Shown: positions 61,601-64,000 of the stretch, piece after piece
Layout: every line of letters starts with the position of its first letter
Position numbering within the stretch: position 1 is the first letter of the stretch
NCBI GenBank assembly: GCA_965226795.1
Contig: CBDDDZ010000005.1
Coordinates: 928,001-992,000 of the forward strand
Origin: Candidatus Latescibacterota bacterium
Lineage (GTDB): Bacteria; Latescibacterota; UBA2968; GCA-2709665
Length of the DNA: 64,000 nucleotides
Direction: 5' to 3'
Made by a program: the position numbers and the translations under genes
The notes under the pieces: generated by a model
The model's database searches: none
Told to the model about the DNA's origin: nothing
The model's input: only the letters and a program-made list of their open reading frames with translations

Positions 61601-62220
61601 CCGCTCGGTCGCGCCTTACCCACGTGGCTCGGGCCGGCGACAAAAAGGCGAATGCGAGACTGAGCGACGTCAAGGCGCGACAGCGGCGCCAGGCGGCAAC
61701 CCGTGCTCGCCGGCTGGCCCAACTGTCGGCCGAGTCAGACCTTGTTCGGGCCGGCGAGGTCGAATTCCTGGTTCATGCGCTCGTCGTTCCAGTAAGGGAT
61801 AGCGAAGACGCAAAACGCTACGATGCCGACGTCGAAGCGATCGCCGTGGCGGTCGCTGTCGATTTCGAAGAGAACTCCGACGCTGTGGTTAAGGATGTAT
61901 CCAAGCCCGAACTCGCCCGGCGCGCCGGACTGCCCGACTGGCCGGGATTTGATCTTCTCTCCGTCGGAGCCGACGGAGAACGCCGCCGGATAGAAGTCAA
62001 GGGTCGCGCCGGAACCGGAAGTGTAGAGATGAGAGAGAACGAGTGGGCTAACGCCTGCATCCACAGGGAAGAATACTGGCTATACGTCGTTTTCGACTGC
62101 GCGTCGTCGAGACCACGCCTGGTCAGGGTGCGGGATCCCTTTTCCAAACTGCTTGTCCGGGGACGCGAGTCTATGGCCCATACCATCACGGCTGGCGAAG
62201 TATTAAAGGCGGCTGTGTAG
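58615..62220 (+). CDS. XRE-HTH / SNF2-family helicase / DUF3883 (PD-(D/E)xK-type) nuclease fusion; probable defence protein
   Basis: N-terminal LTQTQFANLIGVSFASVNRWENG; ADDAGAGKT, DEAH, TATPH, TDAAGEGINLQ, WNPARLEQRMGRIHRYGQ; C-terminal GFDLLS..IEVKG..NEW..YWLYVV. Confidence 0.9.
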   Translation: MSTVMSNVVPEDCASRIKSGRGVRGLTQTQFANLIGVSFASVNRWENGQSRPNNLAWKRIAELERQWTSSRDDGQYDSSTMPTTAPILDFAGDPNAVSVLAEAHRLASGHLFNPTFATETSSIDPLPHQRIAVYETMMQQAPLRFLLADDAGAGKTIMTGLYVREMLSRGLIRRVLIVPPAGLVGNWEREMRTLFRLQFRIVHGADARSGNPFAGPDSDLVIVSVDTLAGKGMFAHLRNQDTDGYDLVVFDEAHKLSAHREPGYRVRRTDRYRLAEAIAAAESDNSAWTLPWSAQHLLLLTATPHMGKDYPYFALWRLLLPETLTTQDAFDEFSPDSRSKHFLRRTKEEMVHFDGSALYPQRNCDTLSYVLSQGPGSEQELYDETTDYIRYFYNRARQLNRSAARLAMSVFQRRLASSTYALMRSFERREEKLAALIDAIRDGSVTEKQLTREQRKLDVLDDAFETRTFDEDTDDAQEGDEAFESQALGGTVAVSLSELEDERQRVEGLLSKARQRLEAGEESKFEKLREVLRDPSYANEKFIIFTEHRDTAVFLVRRLEGLGFTGRVAMIHGGLPYPERERQVEFFRRSANEGGASYLVATDAAGEGINLQFCWLMVNYDIPWNPARLEQRMGRIHRYGQKHDPVIIVNLLAGGTREGRVLKTLLDKLEVMRRQLQSDKVFDVVGRLFSEVSIREYLEQAVTEDPGTAAARLVGDLTAEQVQALEQKERSLFGDGGDVRRQLARLNEEAEKETFRRLLPGYVRRFVAKAATLLDLRVDGDLEETFALVPDRVRAADPLLSALDVYPETAQGRLTVYKPTSREEVVWLHPGEPVFDAISASIIGRYGREGLRGSVFIDPEASVPYLFHIARISVEEYSQVATVGAGETTDGDGRQVKASRLIDSRLVGLRQSAEGTVEESPVERLLLLREAKDFPPGRVPLAAAARGLLSDAERSAREDILESLLQHYQQSRIADLPAHIDFVSRGFDYEAAELAAARSRLTHVARAGDKKANARLSDVKARQRRQAATRARRLAQLSAESDLVRAGEVEFLVHALVVPVRDSEDAKRYDADVEAIAVAVAVDFEENSDAVVKDVSKPELARRAGLPDWPGFDLLSVGADGERRRIEVKGRAGTGSVEMRENEWANACIHREEYWLYVVFDCASSRPRLVRVRDPFSKLLVRGRESMAHTITAGEVLKAAV

Positions 62221-62230
62221 TTTTCCGGAG

Positions 62231-63034
62231 ATGGATGTAGGAACAAATTCTGACCACTCAAAGTCGGGAAATCCTGATATGAAACCCGGTGAGAAAGATT
62301 ATCAGGCGTTAAATCAATATTCTGAAACTCGTTACAAAGAGTTATCGGGATTGCTCAAACCATACGTCGCAATAACCGACGCATTTGGAAAGCTGGTATG
62401 CCGCATCAGCATCTGCCTCGGCATCACGCCACCTACGGATACTCAGGATTCTGTGGTCAGAGATCTTATGGCTGATGTTTTCGATTTTCTCTTCGAATCC
62501 AGAGCCATGATTCTGCAGGGTAAAATCCAAATTGCCTATGTGCTGGCACGCAGAGCCTATGAATCGCTTTCGCTGTTGTCACTTTGTGCCCAAGACTCAG
62601 AATATGCAGATAAGTGGGAATCAGGTAAGAAGATTTTTAATAAAGAGGTGAGGAAGCAACTCGAAAAGCAACCATTCAGCGAATCAGCGGACCGAACACA
62701 AGAGCTATATAGTTTCTTTAGCAAGGTGGCGCACCCCAATAGAGACTTAGTTGCCCATCGCTACCTTGGGCAGGGCAACCGTTTCGTCTTCGGTTCAATA
62801 GGAAAGCCGGATCTTGTTTTTATCGCTGATTTCTGCTATAGGCACCTACAGCTTTGGTTTTGGTTTGGTGCCCTAGCGGGTTATAGACATCACGTGCTTC
62901 TGGATAAGCACGATCCAGATTTCATAAAGGAATATTTCCTCGCCACAGATCAAGCAGAAGAGATAGCCGAGTGGTTGGCAAAACAGTTCAATCGTCTGCT
63001 CAAAGAAGCCCAGGAAAACCTGGCAACGACATGA
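62231..63034 (+). CDS. DUF5677-like (HEPN-related) helical protein with lower GC than the surrounding genes
   Basis: AYVLARRAYE and YSFFSKVAHP motifs; AT-rich codon usage; start at 62231 or 62279. Confidence 0.6.
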   Translation: MDVGTNSDHSKSGNPDMKPGEKDYQALNQYSETRYKELSGLLKPYVAITDAFGKLVCRISICLGITPPTDTQDSVVRDLMADVFDFLFESRAMILQGKIQIAYVLARRAYESLSLLSLCAQDSEYADKWESGKKIFNKEVRKQLEKQPFSESADRTQELYSFFSKVAHPNRDLVAHRYLGQGNRFVFGSIGKPDLVFIADFCYRHLQLWFWFGALAGYRHHVLLDKHDPDFIKEYFLATDQAEEIAEWLAKQFNRLLKEAQENLATT

Positions 63035-63315
63035 AGAGTGCCGCATAAACCATTCGCGAACTAGGTATGACACCAGTCAGCTATCAGGGTGGCAAGTTAC
63101 GGTCCCCCAAAAGCTGTGACGAATGACGAAGTGCTTTGGACGCATAAGTGAAAGCAATTCTCGGGCATCAAACGTCTGTAAGATCGCGGCATTAGTGGTT
63201 AGTTGATTCCGGCAATTTGGATATCCAAGTACAGGTACTTCAACGGCTGCGCCGGATGTTACCGGCAGAGCCATGATGCGTTGACTCGAATGTGTAAATG
63301 TCATACTTGACCGAA

Positions 63316-64000
63316 ATGAAAGTTGTGCGCGATCACATCTTTATCAGTTACGCGACTGAACAGTCCGCGCTTTGCGACTGGCTTGCCCGTCGACTTGCTG
63401 CCGAAGGGTACGCTATATGGTGCGACCGCCAGAAGCTGCTTGGCGGTGAGAACTGGCCCAACGACATCGATGCGGCGATTAATGAGCGAACTTTCCGTAT
63501 GCTTGCGCTGCTATCCCGGGCATCTATGAACAAGCAGAATCCGCAAGGAGAGTGGCTGAAAGGTAATGCAATCGGAAAAAAGCTGGGCATTGTCGACTTC
63601 GTTATACCGTTGAATACGGAAGGGCTCCGACCGGACGAAATCACCTGGAATCTGCAACCCATCAACTACATTCCGTTTACGCCGAGTTGGGCCGAAGGAT
63701 TAGCGGCGCTGCTGAAGAAACTCACTTCCTTGGACGCACCCCGGTCATTAAGGGACGGTCCGCGGATTGCCGTGGGGTCAATGGTCGCAAACAGCACGAT
63801 TCGAGATGAATCCGAAATTCTGGTAAGTAACTGCTTCGAGATTGTGCAGACACCACGATACATTCGGAAGTATACATCTGAGACAAATCTCTCCCCGGCC
63901 GAGCGCCGTGTATTACGGAAAGAATGGGCATGTCGCGATTTGTCGCCGACTCTCGTGATTGCCTTTGACGATCCGACCTCGACGGTGAAAGAGAGATATA
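63316..64000 (+). CDS. TIR-domain protein resembling the TIR-APAZ subunit of SPARTA; 3' truncated by the window end; not in the ORF track
   Basis: Manual translation MKVVRDHIFISYATEQSALCDWLARRLAAEGYAIWCDRQKLLGGENW...NPQGEW...FVIPL...NYIPFTPSWAEGL...EILVSNCFEIVQTP; open to 64000. Confidence 0.85.
   Translation, partial: MKVVRDHIFISYATEQSALCDWLARRLAAEGYAIWCDRQKLLGGENWPNDIDAAINERTFRMLALLSRASMNKQNPQGEWLKGNAIGKKLGIVDFVIPLNTEGLRPDEITWNLQPINYIPFTPSWAEGLAALLKKLTSLDAPRSLRDGPRIAVGSMVANSTIRDESEILVSNCFEIVQTPRYIRKYTSETNLSPAERRVLRKEWACRDLSPTLVIAFDDPTSTVKERY

Noticed and set aside
58615..62220. Calling the helicase DISARM DrmD or RapA
   Set aside because: The C-terminal DUF3883-type nuclease and N-terminal HTH do not fit RapA, and no drmA/B/C or methylase is visible within the window, so it is left unassigned.
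63077..63304. 75-aa minus-strand ORF between the DUF5677-like and TIR genes
   Set aside because: No motif, no clear RBS, and opposite orientation to the locus; more likely intergenic or promoter DNA.

Overview
GC-rich bacterial chromosome window. The lineage cannot be determined without searches, although the gene order and content are compatible with an FCB-group or candidate-phylum heterotroph. 1-9.8 kb: the rplP-to-rplQ part of the S10/spc/alpha ribosomal superoperon, including rpmJ (missed by the ORF track). adk, map and infA are absent between secY and rpmJ. 9.8-37 kb: housekeeping and accessory genes (GHL10 hydrolase, rlmD, greA with a terminator-like leader, DapA-family lyase, adenylate kinase, beta-propeller/PP2C sensor, folD, single-chain eukaryote-like purL, rbsK, bamD, nadD, zapA, transporters, DUF1015 and a frameshifted M24 peptidase). 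37-56.5 kb: a long run of + strand catabolic genes (degenerate GH38-like protein, amidohydrolases, enolase-superfamily dehydratase, internally deleted SDR, 3-hydroxyacyl-CoA dehydrogenase, CoA-transferase, creatininase-like, FAH-like and desaturase-like enzymes, two uncharacterised tandem paralogues and a Zn-ADH). 57.7-64 kb: start of a probable defence island, containing an XRE-HTH/SNF2 helicase/DUF3883 nuclease fusion, a lower-GC DUF5677/HEPN-like gene, and a TIR protein absent from the ORF track that runs off the window end. The TIR protein closely resembles the TIR-APAZ subunit of short-Argonaute (SPARTA) systems. All family assignments come from motif recognition by eye; no searches were run.
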